64,000 nucleotides of DNA. Source: Octopus sinensis. Taxonomy: Eukaryota. The stretch covers positions 69,068,001 to 69,132,000 of the forward strand of contig NC_043006.1 of the NCBI RefSeq assembly GCF_006345805.1. Reading direction: 5' to 3'. Every line of letters starts with the position of its first letter. Positions within the stretch are counted from its first letter, which is position 1. A program made the translations under genes and the position numbers. Positions 50,055-63,895 of the stretch are shown in pieces. The notes beneath the pieces are model-generated. The model was not told the DNA's origin. It saw only the letters and a program-made list of their open reading frames with translations, and did not search any database.

Positions 50055-50437
50055 CAATGGTTCTCAACCGAGATCCATATGACTTGATTTTTTTTTTTTT
50101 GAGGGGGGGGGGGCGTGGAGGTCCACTTAAGCAAAATAATGAATTTAGGGATATCTTAGGGGTTAATGAAAAAACTTTGATTTCGATATGTTTATTGCAA
50201 AATCAACTATGTTTCTTTCTCTGATGCTTTACACAGTTCAACACATTTCTGATCACTGAAGCATGTTCTCTCAATGAGTGCTCTTGCAAACCTTAGCAAG
50301 TGAAAAACGAAATGGAAATTTTGAAAGAAGTATCTATAACAATAGTTTTTTAAAACATTGAATGGTTATGCGAGGGTCCACCAGAATAAAATAGCGATGA
50401 AAGGGATCCATAAGTAAAAGGTGGTTGATAACCACTG
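50055..50437. mobile_element. hAT-type MITE
   Basis: TIRs caatggttctcaacc / ggttgataaccactg; TSD ctctagtg / ctccagtg. Confidence 0.85.
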
Positions 50438-50915
50438 CTCCAGTGTTTTATTACTTGATTGTTGTTAGATCCCTGATATCATTTTGTAGCAACCCTCTTT
50501 CCTCTAGGTTTTCCTCGTAGCTGTTTGCCATCGGCTCAATCAACATAGTAATTGATTTGACCTCTCCTAGTTTTCTCATTAAAATAAGGTCAGATCTCTC
50601 TGAGACCTATATACTGAGGCATTAGTTCTTCGTCTGTTAGCTCTACATGTCTCTTCGTTTCGTCATCGGCCTTAAAAACCAGGAACATGCTTCCACATGC
50701 CTTTCTCTAGTTGATAGAAGTCAAGTTCTGTCACACATTGATTAGCACCTCCTCCATGTCTTCTTTCGAGAGCGTATAGAAATAGACTGAGATATTTTTC
50801 TCTTTTTTCAGGTATACCGCGCCGTGGGTGTGTATGTATGGGTGCATCTATGTGCGTGTGCACATACACACAAACGCATGCATAAGTAAAAAGGGTAATC
50901 GATGTCAAAAATAGA

Positions 50916-51085
50916 GTATTTCATTTATTAAAGCTATACTCCACATTTTGTGCTCCTAAGTTTCTCGTCCTTGATTCTCAGACCAAATATAAAAAAGTCT
51001 CTTCATATTTTGTCTGAAGATAGAAGACGTGAAACCCTGGAGGTACGTCCTCTGAAGTGGAGCTTTTAATGTAAATACAATGAAA
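50916..51085. repeat. Degenerate foldback with hammerhead-like boxes
   Basis: The left arm is the reverse complement of the right (ctccac/gtggag; gtttctcgtcc..tctcagaccaaatat / atattttgtctgaagatagaagacgtgaaac). Confidence 0.55.
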
Positions 51086-51511
51086 TGTAAAATAATACAA
51101 TAGACTACATGACATAACGTATATAATCATGATTACACTTCCCAAAATATCCTTTCTAATTTTAAAACGATATAATTTAATAATTTGAAGGAGATTTTTG
51201 CTTCTATTTCGGTCGATCGACCGAGTCGAGGTCTTGTTGTTGGTTCCACAAACACCGTGTACTGTGGCTGAAGTAACTGTCTTAGCCCTTTGCCTCCTCC
51301 TCCACCTCCTAAATTGTGCTAATGTAAGGAATTAGGTTCCTACACTATAATTGTTTATAATGTAGTGATTTGGTTCGCTTTAATCCGGAGAGAAAAATCT
51401 CATAATCTGGTAATTGTACGCAAATTAATTTGGATTATCTTTTAATTTATTTCCGATTAGTAAGTCTTGATCTGTCTAGTTTGGCTGCTGCTACTTCTGT
51501 TGTTGTAGTGG

Positions 51512-51548
<37 letters not shown>

Positions 51549-51944
51549 ATTATTATTATTATAATTAAGTTGTTACTCTGTAGCCCCAGGTAAGCCATGG
51601 TCGAGTAAACCTTTGTATAACGATGATCCAGCAATGACCATCCTGTCTTTAGTTCCCGCAGCGAATCTTACCCTACATTATCCGATGCATCTTAAGATTA
51701 TTGAAACGCAGCATTTTGTGATTTGGTGGTGGTGGTAGATTTGGTTGCTATTTGTTGCATATCGAGCAGTTTTGTGTAGACTCTCTCATTGTTGCTTTCA
51801 CTGACTTCTTAATTCTCCATTCACCCTTTCCTCTTTCCACCACTCACCTACTCTCTAACACACAACATACTTTTCCTCATTTAGCACTCTCACTAACACC
51901 AACTCTCTACCTCTCTTTTTCTCCCACTTTCATTTTCTCTCTCA

Positions 51945-51985
<41 letters not shown>

Positions 51986-52469
51986 GCGAACTCTCTTTAA
52001 TCCTTTCTTTCTCTTTCTCTGCAGCGAACACTCTTTAATTCTTTCTTGCTTTCTCCCCCCTCTCTCCCTTTCTCAAGCATACGAACTCCTTAATTCTCTC
52101 CTTACTTCGCCCTCTCCATCTGCACCTCAGTATTTCATTCTATTTCTGCCTTCTTTTGTCACTCTTCCTCATTTCTCTCTCTCTCTCCTTCTCCTTACCT
52201 CTCTGCCTCTGTCTATCTCTCACCTTCCCTCCCTCGATCTACCTCTCTCTCTCTTTCTAACTCTCACTCTCTCTTCTCTATTAACTTACCCCGTCCCTCA
52301 TTCACTTCCCCCTCACGCTTTTCTCTGACCATCTCTCTTTATTCCTCTCACCACCACCATCGAGATGACCTCAGGTCATGCTACTTCAGTATTAGCCAAT
52401 AATCACTTCTTGTGATAATATCTATGTCTACGTTCTAATTACTGTTTAATATGAAATCAATGTTGGTGG

Positions 52470-53010
52470 TCGTGGATGTACTGGTGTTGATGGTATTTAT
52501 GCTTAGATCAGATCAGCTTTGATTCACCTAATATTCCAGCTACGACCAACCTAAGTGTATTTATCGCTACAACAGCAAATATGTTCTTTAAAAAAATATA
52601 AGGTGTGATTTGAGGGGATTTTGGCTGTTATTTTCAACAGGTCCAGCGACTATGTAGAGTAAGCACAAGCAACATTGTTCGAGAAGCGGTGCCGCATTGC
52701 TAAAAAATTTCAAGGTAATTTTTCGTAAGGCCTGTCGTTTAGAAAGTCACACGGGCCGCAGTTTGTCCATGGCTGACGTAGAAGCTCACTCATTGGCAGG
52801 GTGAGTGATGGTATTGATCCAGTTGTTGTTTAACTTCAGTTCGAATTTGATTGATGAAACCCATAAGCAAAGGCATTCCAACTGTGACCATCCTGTCCTT
52901 TTTAGGACTTCGTGATCCAGTACCGCCTTTTAATTTAAGACAGTAACAAGGGTATGATTTGAGGGAGAGAGTTCGCTGACATTTCTAGCAAACCGAGTAA
53001 CCACACAAAA
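52470..53010 (+). mobile_element. Two diverged copies of a further interspersed repeat (family D); related pieces at ~34520, 37225, 39590-39890, 43330, 51200, 51580
   Basis: Recurrent ...attccagc..(t)gaccatcc... and gtgtgatttgagggagattt(g)gctgctatttctagcagg motifs. Confidence 0.55.
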
Positions 53011-53289
53011 TGCTCCTCATGGCGTTTGTGGTGTTTGTAAAGGTGTGGGTAGTTGGGTTGCTATAATGATGGTAGTGTGAAGGTAGTGCTGTGGTGGTGG
53101 TGGTGGTGGTAATGTTGCTGTGTGGGGAGTGTGGTAAAGAAAGAGGCAGCCTTCAGATTTAATAATTGTCACAAGTACCTTCACCTGATATTTTACTTTC
53201 AAATAATATGCGTGTGCGTCCGTATACACGTGTGTACGGGTACGTATTATATATGTATATATATTTAATTGTGTGTGTGTACACGCACA

Positions 53290-53330
<41 letters not shown>

Positions 53331-53906
53331 GATGTTTGGTCTGGGGGTGGTTGGATGGGTGAAAGGAAAGAGTTTAGAGGAACTCCATACATACCGATAG
53401 CTTCACAGATGAGCAGATTTCTGACACACATTTACTCTGTGTGTGTATGTATGTATGTGTGTGTGTGTGTGTGTGTGTATGTGTGCGTGCGTGCGTGCGC
53501 GCTTCAGCGTGTATGATTATTTTTAAGATTCAGTGGCGGTGCAGTGGGACTCCAGAGAGTCAGTAACCCAATTCATATGAGCCCCTATCTCATAATCCGA
53601 ATAATAGCCACACAGCAACCGACCTGGGAGGTCCTTACTATGTTACTTGGAGTTTGTTACATACACACACACACACACACACACACATGCACACACACAC
53701 CCACACATGCATACACGCGCGCGTACACATCACCTTAGTCTCGTGAACAGTAACTATTTAGAACTGTAATTGGTGAAATCAAGATACGACATCCCTAAAG
53801 TTTAAGACAAGTTGATCCCAAATCTAGCTCCCACCACCACTGACCTTGATTATACTTGCAATACCAGCCATTCTTTAAACATATATACCCATATATTAAA
53901 CATATT

Positions 53907-54080
53907 CTGTATGTACTCGAGTATAAGTCGCTCCCCTAGTTTATGTATAAATCTTGGTGCAAAAATTTTCCCTTCATAGTTTTATCTTTTCCCCGTGTAA
54001 GAAGTCACACCGCAGTATTTTTTTCCTCGTAGTTAAAATCGAGTATACAAACAGTGCGACTTATACGCGAGTGAATACGG
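53907..54080. mobile_element. Tc2/pogo-like MITE
   Basis: TIRs ctgtatgtactcgagtataagtcgc / gcgacttatacgcgagtgaatacgg (21/25). A second, right-truncated copy lies at 54978-55090. Confidence 0.8.
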
Positions 54081-54746
54081 CAGTTTTTTCTGCCACCGAC
54101 CACTGTACATTTTGCTTTGTGTTTCTCTACTCCAGCAGCAACAGTAGGGTCGAGGATTCACTTAGGAGATCATAAAACGCTTGTTGTTGTCTCCTTTACT
54201 CACCGACAATTATACCGTATTTCCCAGCATTCACGTTGATGTACAAACATAGAATGTAAATATTCAAACATTGTTACTATCTCTTACAAATCGTACTGCA
54301 TTTCGCAAGGAGATTTTGATCCTCCGAGGTTGTCTTGACGTATAAGTCGACCTCCTTTTCAGGCTGTACAATTAGCACTGAAAAATTCGACTTGTATGGC
54401 GGTATCTGTTCTTCATTAGTATCGCCTTCTCTATTTTCAGGAGTTTAAGGCAGAGGTGTACCTTAACTTCTCCCCTTTTCGCAGCCAAATAAGAGATATT
54501 GTATACTCCAAGTATAAAATCACATGGTATAATGTAAGCTCTTAATATCAATGATGGTTGACAATTGACTGACCCCGCTCTTTGGTAAACTTGTGATATA
54601 TCCAGTTGTTCAATACACTGATGATATGGTTGTTATTTCGAGATTACATATTTAATATATAAATCATTAAACTATTAAAATTAAGGCATTTCTTTCCATA
54701 TGGCTAACATTTCAAAATATTTACATAAACAAAAGATGCCCTGTAC

Positions 54747-54778
<32 letters not shown>

Positions 54779-55715
54779 GTATAAGTATGTATATGTTTAC
54801 CAAAGTATGTATATGTGTTAGTGATTAATTTATTATCACCATTCAACGAAACTCGGTGAAGGTTGTGTTTCGCTGAAGAGGCTATGATCGTTTCACTTGA
54901 TTCCAGTACAGAGTTCAGCCGCATGCTTAATTTATCGGCCTCTATTTATCGAACTGGTAAGTTGAAGGACATATAGTCTGTATTTACTCGAGTATAAGTC
55001 GCTCCCCTAATTTATGTATAAATCTTGGTGCAAAATTTTTCCCAACACAGTTTTAGCTTTTCCCCGTGTAGGAAGTCACACCGCAGTTTTAAGCGACATA
55101 ACATGAATAACAAGACCGGATTTAAGTATCATGCTTATACCGCCCCCCCCCCCCGACGAACTTCTGGACAGTTTGTATCTACAGAACTTATTGGTCAACT
55201 TCAAGCTCAAGTGGATGCAGATACTTTCTCCAAGGTTTGCAAAGCCAACATTTTTAACCACACACAGCTTTACTTGAGATTTTGCAGGATTTGAATTGGA
55301 ACTGTAAAGAGACATAGCTTCATAATATCATGCATTTAGTCCGGCACTCTACTGATTATTCCAGGCCACTACAACTTGTGTTAGCATACAACAATAATAA
55401 AGATGGAAATGTTTCCTAAGGTTGTTTTACCGTATTTTCCAGCATACAAGTCGACCTGTATTGATTTTATTGATAGTCTCTCGAAGCTGAGAAAGATGGT
55501 TCCAAAATTTCTTGCTGAACATCCCTGCAGAAATGATATGTTGTACATTAGCTTACTTCCTCCATCAAATTGACAGGCCCTGTGCAGGTACACGGTGCAC
55601 TTGCTACACGACAAATATCGAAGTCATCGTATTGTGTATACATTAAGCGTAAACATTAAAGCATCGTCACCATCTTTTCAAATCTTAAACTATTTCACTT
55701 GGAATTTTTGCTGCT

Positions 55716-56075
55716 CCAAAGTCGTCTTGGTGTATAAATCAACCTACCTGTTTTTGGCCCCCGCCCAGAACCTTCATGTATAAGTCGACTTAACTGTTTT
55801 CGGTTGTAAATTTTGGCCCTCCAATGTCTTGATGTATAAAGTCGACCTACTTGTTTGTAAATTTTTGCACTCCAAAATCGTCTTCATCTATTAGTCGACC
55901 TGCTTGTCTTTGGTTGTAAATTTTGATAATCCCAAATCGTCTTGATGTATACGTCGACCTACCTGTTTTTGGTTATAAATTGTTGTACCCCCAAATCGTC
56001 TTGATGTATAAGTCGACCTACCTGTTTTTGGTTGTAAATGTTAGTCTGAAAAATACGACCATATCGGAACATACT
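55716..56075 (+). repeat. ~50-60-bp tandem array (6 units) built from a MITE terminal motif
   Basis: Units ccaaaatcgtcttgatgtataagtcgacctacctgtttttggttgtaaattttg. Confidence 0.85.
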
Positions 56076-56623
56076 ATAAGTGCCTATAAAATGTTCGTTA
56101 TTGAAGGACGGTAGTGAAGTTTATGGAACAGGAACCATAAGAGTGACAACAAGAGAAGAATAAAATGAGAAGAGTTTTTTTGTTGTTTTTTTTTTTTTGT
56201 AAGTAGAAGTTAAAGGCGGTAGAATAAGATATAGAGAAGAGAGGGGACATAAGATGAAAGCAGAAGATATGAGGCGGAGAAAAGAGAAGATAAAGCAGGG
56301 CTATAGAAGAAAGGGAAAAAAATAAAGATATATACGTCGACCATGTTTTACAAATAGAAAGGATTAAAGATTAAAGATGAATGAACAAGGAACTAATGCA
56401 TGATGAAACACAGTACATATGTGTTTGAGAGTCTATTTATATGTGTGTATACGTGCATGTGTGTCTATGTGTGTATTCGAATGTATGTGTGTAAATACGT
56501 GAGTATAGATATATGTATGTCTGTGTATGTTTTTTGTTCTTTTTTAGATTTACTGTATATATCTGTGTATGTGTGCGCGCGTGTGTGTGTTTATGTGAAT
56601 ATGTGAGTATATATATGTGTGTG

Positions 56624-56654
<31 letters not shown>

Positions 56655-56713
56655 GACTATATGCTTGTGTGTATACAAGTGTGTGTGTATGCATATGAAT
56701 ACAGGCACATGTA

Positions 56714-56747
<34 letters not shown>

Positions 56748-56750
56748 AAC

Positions 56751-56786
<36 letters not shown>

Positions 56787-57247
56787 GTGTACGTGTATAT
56801 CTATATTTATGTGTGTGTGCGTGTGTGTATATATATAGTTCACGTGTCACGTGACTGAGAGACTCAAAAGACATTCTCAAGCAAAGATATATATTTCACT
56901 TAATCCCTGCCAATCTACCGTTCATTTCGCTTGAATTGTTTCTCTTAGAAATTATTAATTCCACCGCTTCTTGCTTTAAACCTTGAGAAATCATTTCCAA
57001 CTTTTGTATCAACGTCACCGCCGCCGCCGACCAACCGCCACCATCACTACCATCTCCGATAACATCACCACCGTCAGCATAGCCGTCATCACTACAACTT
57101 ACAAAGCTATCACCACGACTACTACCGTTACAATCATCATCACTAGCGTATAAACCCTGTGCATGTATATGTGTTTCCACGCATACTGCATGCAATAGTG
57201 TGTGTGTGTGTGTGTGTATGTATTACAGTTTATGCAATACATTATAT

Positions 57248-57640
57248 AGGAGTGGCTGTGTGGTAAGTAGCTTGCTTACGAACCATTTTGGTTCCGGGTT
57301 CAGTCCCACTGCGTGGCACCTTACGCTAGTGTTTTCTATAGCCTCAGGACGAACAAAGCCTTGTGAGTGGATTTGGTAGACGGAAACTGAAAGAAGCTTG
57401 TCGCATATATATATATCAGTATGTGTGTGTATATGTTTGTGTGTCTGTGTTTGTCCACCCAACATCGCTTGACAACCGATGCTGGTGTGTTTACGTCCCC
57501 GTAACTTGGCCTTTCGGCACAAGAGACCGATAGAATACGTACTAGGCTCACAAAGAATAATTACTGGGGGTCGATTTGCTCGACTAAAGGCAGTGCTCCA
57601 GCATGGCCGCAGTCAAATGACTGAAACAAGTGAAAGAGTA
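57248..57640 (+). mobile_element. SINE family B full composite
   Basis: Head, short microsatellite and tail ending ctgaaacaagtgaaagag. Confidence 0.9.
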
Positions 57641-57847
57641 ATATATATATATATATATATGCACACGTCATTGCTGTGTATAAATATCATTTATACCGAT
57701 GTCACAAATCATACACACAGGTGATGTATAAATTTATACACATTCCTAATCATGTACATACATATACGCAAACATGTGTGGTGCAGGTACATTCAAAGGT
57801 ATCCACACATTCATATATTTTTTCAATGTCTCTGCTGTTTACGGTTT

Positions 57848-57910
<63 letters not shown>

Positions 57911-58320
57911 AAAGAATTGTTGAAATTGAACCTGTGACATTGTAAAATAATTTTCTTTTTCAGATTTAAAATTTCTTTCTATGGCATTGTTGTTTTTTCT
58001 AAGCATATTCCTAAAAAAATACACCTATCTTTCAATTAATTTTAAAAACAATTAAAAAGTGAAAAGAATTTAGTAAAAGGATTAAGTTTTCATTATTATC
58101 ATCTGATTCTTGGAATATAAAAGGTTTTTCCTCAAATTCTATAACATAATAACCACAACTTTATTGCATACAACGCTCAGACAGAAGCTTTTCATTTCAA
58201 TCAGAACAGTTTATGAAAGTTTTAAAGTGTTTACATTTAACAAAAGCCAAGCTGGAGTACCCTGTTTGTGGTCCTTTGTTGTGTAAAATTGTCACTTATA
58301 TTACAAAAGTCGTTCTTGAA

Positions 58321-58554
58321 GCCGGCGGCACGTAAAAAGCACCAACTGATCGTGGCCGTTTGCCAGCCTCATCTGGCACGTAAAAAGCACCCACTACACT
58401 CAAGGAGTGGTTGGCGTTAGGAAGGGCATCCAGCTGTAGAAACATTGCCAGATCAGACTGGGCCTGGTGCAGCCTTCTGGCTTCCCAGACCCCAGTTGAA
58501 CCATCCAACCCATGCTAGCATGGAAAGCGGATGTTAAACGATGATGATGATGAT
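58321..58554 (+). mobile_element. SINE family C, 5'-truncated, sense orientation
   Basis: ...ggttggcgttaggaagggcatccagctgtagaaac...gcatggaaagcggatgttaaac(gat)n. Confidence 0.88.
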
Positions 58555-59064
58555 ATATATATTATATATATAATATATATATATAATATATATATATATA
58601 TATAGACACACGTACGGACACACACAGCTACACCCATCCTACAGTATTTTGTCGGGTATACATACATTATTTTATTTAGGGGGCATTAAGGGAGGTAACC
58701 AAGACTTATTTAGATACCTACGCACGGATTTTTCGGTCTTCCTTCAGTCTCCGCCCACCCGGCCTAAGGCGATAGTAGAAAGCACTTGCTCAAGGTGACA
58801 TACAGTGGAGTTGAAACGAACCGTGTGGTTGGGAAGCAAACTTCTTGCCACGCCCATATGCATATATATTCTTTTATTCTTTCACTTCTTTGATTGCGGC
58901 CATACTGGAGCATCGCTTTAAAGGATTAATTAGTCGAAGAAATCCATCCCGGTGTTTATTCTTTGTAAGCCTTAGTACTTTATTCTATCGGTCACTTTTA
59001 CCGAATCGGTAAGTTACGGGGACGTAAACACACCAACATCGGTTGTCAAACGATGGTAGTGGGG

Positions 59065-59106
<42 letters not shown>

Positions 59107-59273
59107 TGTGTGTCTATGTTTGCCCCACCACCATCGCTTGACAACCGATGTTGCAGTTGATCTGGCTACGTTCCCGTGATATAGCGGTTCGACAAAAGAT
59201 AGCATAAGTACTAGGTTTACAAAGAATAATTCCTGGTGTTGATATATTCGGCTAATAAATCCTTTAAGGATAT

Positions 59274-59309
<36 letters not shown>

Positions 59310-60104
59310 TGAATCCGGAGCCCTGTGGTTGAGAAGCAAGCTTCTTACCACACGACCACGCCTGCACTTATATATATTCGTCGAGTTTCCGCACAGTCTT
59401 CGTCTACCAGACTGACTTTGAAGGCAATTGGTCTGTATGCGGCTACAGTACATAATACATTGTTCGATGTGCCATACAGTGGGACCGAACCCGAAAGCTT
59501 GTGGCTGCAAAGCGATCTTCTTAACTACACAGCTATGCCTCCTCCCCACTTCCCATGGTACATGCATGGAGCGGTGGTGGTGGTGGCGGTGTGTAAGACA
59601 GGATGGAATGAAGCATTACTGATAATTATAGTTAATATTCATTCGTTGCTATGTCATTTGAGTATGTGTGTGCGTCTGTGTTGTTTTGTGTGTATGGCTG
59701 TGTGTGAAAATCGTCGACAACACAGACGGAACTGTGGCGACAAGGCGGCGCAGCATGTCGATAAAGAAGCTCACCGGGGTATATTTTGGTCATAAGGAGG
59801 TTGGCGGCGGAGAGGCGAAATCAATGAGGATTCATATAAATATAAGAATTAATAGAGAAGTGGGAAGGGGAGAGTAAAAGTGAGTGGAGAAATAAATAAA
59901 CGTTGTGTGTGTGTGGTGTGAGGGAAGTAGTGCCTGGATGTTTTGGTGGATGGTGGCGGCGTTGGATGTGATGGCGCTGCCTGTTATGAGGGAGGCTTGT
60001 TTAGCTGTTCAGTATTTTTTTGTTGTGTACACTGGGTGTGTTTGTATGGGTTTGGTTTGGCTGGTTTTGGTGTATGTTGGTGTTGGGATGGCCTGATTAG
60101 TAAA

Positions 60105-60535
60105 TAACTCTTTCTACTCTAGGCACAAGGCCCGCAATTTTTTGGGAGGTGGTGGGGGGGGGGGGCACTCGATTAGATCGACCTCAGTACGCAACTGGTA
60201 CTTAATTTTTATGAAAGGCAAAGTCGACCTCGGCGGAATTTGAACTCAGAACGCAAAAACAGACGAAATACCTATTTCTTTACTACCCACAAGGGGCTAA
60301 ACACAGGGGGGGGGCAAACAAGGACAGACAAACGGGTTAAGTCGATTTCATTGACCCCACTGCGTAACTGGTACTTAATTTATCGACCCCGAAAGTATGA
60401 AAGGCAAAGTCGACCTCGGCGGAATTTTAACTCCGAACGTAACGGCAGACGAAATACCTATTTCTTTATTATCCACAAGGGGCTAAATATAGAGGGCAGA
60501 CCGCTAGGCATTTCGCCCGGCGTGCTAACCGCCCC
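60105..60535 (-). mobile_element. Family A trimer (head-deleted A''-A''-A')
   Basis: Junctions gacgaaatacc|tatttc at 60272/60273 and 60458/60459. Confidence 0.88.
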
Positions 60536-61027
60536 TGGTTAGCAATAACGTACACACACACACACACAAACATTTCCGTATGCACAAAGATTGGTCCAGG
60601 CCATGTCTAACTTAATAGCACCACCTGATAGGATTATCTAAATCCTGTTTAAGTCAAGTTTTATTTATGATCCATTCAAGTAGTGAGTTAGTCATTAGAT
60701 TGCGACCATGCTGTGGCACCGCATTGAAGAACTTTTAATCGAATTAACGACAGTACTTATTTTTTTAAAAAATAAAGTAACCTGGTACTTGTTCTACCGG
60801 TTACTTTTGCGGAACCACTAAGTTTCGGAGACGGTTGTCAAGCGACACACACACACACGTATATCTATATAAATATAAACATATATATACAGATATATAC
60901 ATACATACATACATACATACATATACATACATATACATACATACATATACATGCATATATATATATACATATATATACATACAGATATATATAAATCCAT
61001 ATATATACATTACATAATATATATATG

Positions 61028-61058
<31 letters not shown>

Positions 61059-61481
61059 CCCTTCAGGGGGTGTCCAACATGGCGGCAGTTGAATGTCTGA
61101 AAGAAGTTGGACAAGAAAGGATATGCATTGCATTAAAACTGTTTTAATAATAAACCATATTCATAATCGGTATTAATGATTCCAGTACATCATTGTAAGT
61201 GAAAATTGTGACTCTGCTATCTTCCCTTGAACACGCACGCACACACACTGACACACACACACACACACACACACATACACACAGACACACACACACACAC
61301 ACACTGGACTACGGCCTAGCTGGTGCAACCCTTGAAAAAATTTAGTGACAAATCGACACCAGTACTTTTCTATTTTTTTCAAAGTCTGGTATCGGAGTTT
61401 TTGTCGAACCGTTAAGCTTCGGGGACGTAAGCCAGCCAGTACCGGTTGTCAAGCGGCGCCGGTGGAGGACAAGCAAAACAA

Positions 61482-61526
<45 letters not shown>

Positions 61527-61639
61527 TCATTACATATCTTTCGTGTTTTAGTTCCTGTAAATCCCTCCCAGTTTTCTTCTGTTGCATTGAAGCAATTTTC
61601 TTGTTTGTAGCGGTGTTGGAATGCTTGGAATGATGTAGT

Positions 61640-62130
61640 TAGTTTAACACTACGTGACGACCATAGCTGAGGGTAAGAATCTAGACGGCTGAGAACAAAT
61701 GTGGTTCATAAGATCAACATGATTCTTTGTTCTCTGTTTTCGAAACGATTCAGAATACCACACCAGTCAACTTGCACGTTGTTGCTATCTTAGTAATGTG
61801 TGCATTGAAACGATGCATCGTAACCCATAATAACCCCCCAAGCAATGCACTGACTGTAACTCTGAGACTGCAGTTCCTCCTCGTTCCGCGTACTTTGATT
61901 GCGATGTGGTTGTGGGTCGCTAGCTGAATGCCTGAAATTTTCCAGCCTCAAAATACATGTTGTCTCCATTCCACTACTTGTATGTTGCAAATCAGATCTT
62001 GCTATAGTTTTGTGAGTACTTTCAACCTTCTTAGTTCATTACTTGTGATACTTAAACATCCCCAGCACAAGATGACTGCTTGTATATAACTCAGGGCTTC
62101 CATCAAAGAGTCTTTATAAACCTGAATGTC
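61640..62130 (-). mobile_element. Old RTE-type LINE C-terminal fragment
   Basis: VYK..LSY..ELRRLKV..ICNIQVVEWRQHV..LWVTMHR loosely matches RTE VYKAV..LLYG..RRLE..ILxIxWxDHV..LRWxGHVxRM; degenerate. Confidence 0.45.
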
Positions 62131-63150
62131 ATCCCCCCAAAAAAAACCCAGTTCTGAGACACAATTCAGAATTAGTATTTCCTCCGAAAGACACTGTTAC
62201 CTGCAATTAGCTGGCTTCTATATTTTGACAAGCCATGTTGCTAGTCTTTCTGTTCTACAAATACGAGTGTAAGACGTTTCGGCGCAGTCCTTTTGGTGTC
62301 GTTCATTTGACATCGCTGATTCGAAGTTGACTTATTTGACATCTCACGTTCTCCCCACCTCTCTCTCTCTCTCCTTCTCTCCCTCCTTCCCCCTCTCTCT
62401 CTGTTTATGGGTGTGAGCATATTTCTCTCTTAATAAATTGTAAAAGTACAGTCACCAAAACAGGCTTAATGTCCAGACGGCCGCGTCAGATCCTCAGCGT
62501 CCAAACAGCTGCATCCGATCGTCTCATTCTTTCCAACTATTGCGTGTGTACATATGTATCTATATGCTTATATCTATCTATATATATATATATACGTACA
62601 TGTATACAAATATACGATATATGTATATATATATATGTGCATGCATATATACGTGTATATATATATATATAAACATGTGTGTGTGTATATGCTTGCATAT
62701 ATACGTCTCTCCATATGTATGTGTATAAATGTACACACACACACACACACATACACACGGTTGTATATTGGGAGAATCAGATGCCCTGGTTGGTCATTTT
62801 CGTCTCGTTCTTAGTTCAACTCTCACCACGATCAACTTCGCCTTTCATCCTCCCGGGGTCGATAAAATATACTCCTTATCAAGAACTAGGGTTGGTGGCG
62901 CCGTCTAAATCACCTAATCCTCAAATTTTTGGCCTTGTGCGTAAACTAGAAACGTTCATAATTAGTCAGCTAGCTAATCAATTAGCGAATCGATTGCGTG
63001 ATTAATCGTTCGGTCAATCAATCAGTTTGCTGATTCGTCAGTCTTTCAGTCGCCGTTCATGACCTCGTTAATAACGCGCCCTCCTTACTGCAAGTCGATA
63101 TATATATATGTGCGTACATGTAAACAAACACACACACACATATATGTATA

Positions 63151-63188
<38 letters not shown>

Positions 63189-63687
63189 CAGATATCATTA
63201 AGTGACGCACAAGCCGAGAGTTTTATGCATCGGCACATATCAAACGATTTAATCTTATAAGTGTCAGTGCACGAAGCTCATGGCCCTTGAGTCACTCTAT
63301 AACATCTACTGATTAAATGCGCGCGCGCAAGTGTGTGTGCGTATGCGCGAATTGCCAAATCAGTTGTTTAATGTTGGCTGGTTGATGAACGATAGACAGA
63401 TTTTTTTTAAATAAAAAGATCGATATATATTTCAATATATAGACTACTAGCTTGATATATATTAAGTTGTAATCCAGTTGTCAGAACATGTTTGTATTTT
63501 TTCTCTTTTCTGCACTCAGAGACAAAACATGTACGTTACACATATATATAATAATGGATTGAGGGTGGGGAGTCTGGAAGAATTCGTAGTCTGTCTGGAG
63601 TTTTCTTGAAATTGCAACAAAAATTTCATCAAATCATGCCCTACGCATATCTTTTATCTTATTCTTTCGGTCATTAGAATGTGGCCA

Positions 63688-63895
63688 TAAGGCGGCGAGT
63701 TGGCAGAAACGTTAGTGCGTCGGGCAAAATGCTTGGCGGTATTTCGTCTGTCTTTAGGTTCTGAGTTCAAATTCCGCCGAGGTCGACTTTGCCTTTCATC
63801 CTTTCGGGATCGATAAATTAAATGCCAGTTGTGTACTGGGGTCGATCTAAAAGACTGGTCCCCCTCCCACCAAAATTTCCGGCCTTGTGCTTAGA
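63688..63895 (+). mobile_element. SINE family A' monomer
   Basis: Full head, core and ccctcccaccaaaatttccggccttgtgc tail. Confidence 0.88.

Noticed and set aside
52660-52778. Possible fourth hAT MITE (right end gggccgcagtttgtccatggctg)
   Set aside because: The left TIR and TSD (atgtagag/acgtagaa) are too degenerate to call with confidence.
54860-54900. CTGAAGA box near gaaac motifs
   Set aside because: No GAAA or stems in the correct order; not a hammerhead.
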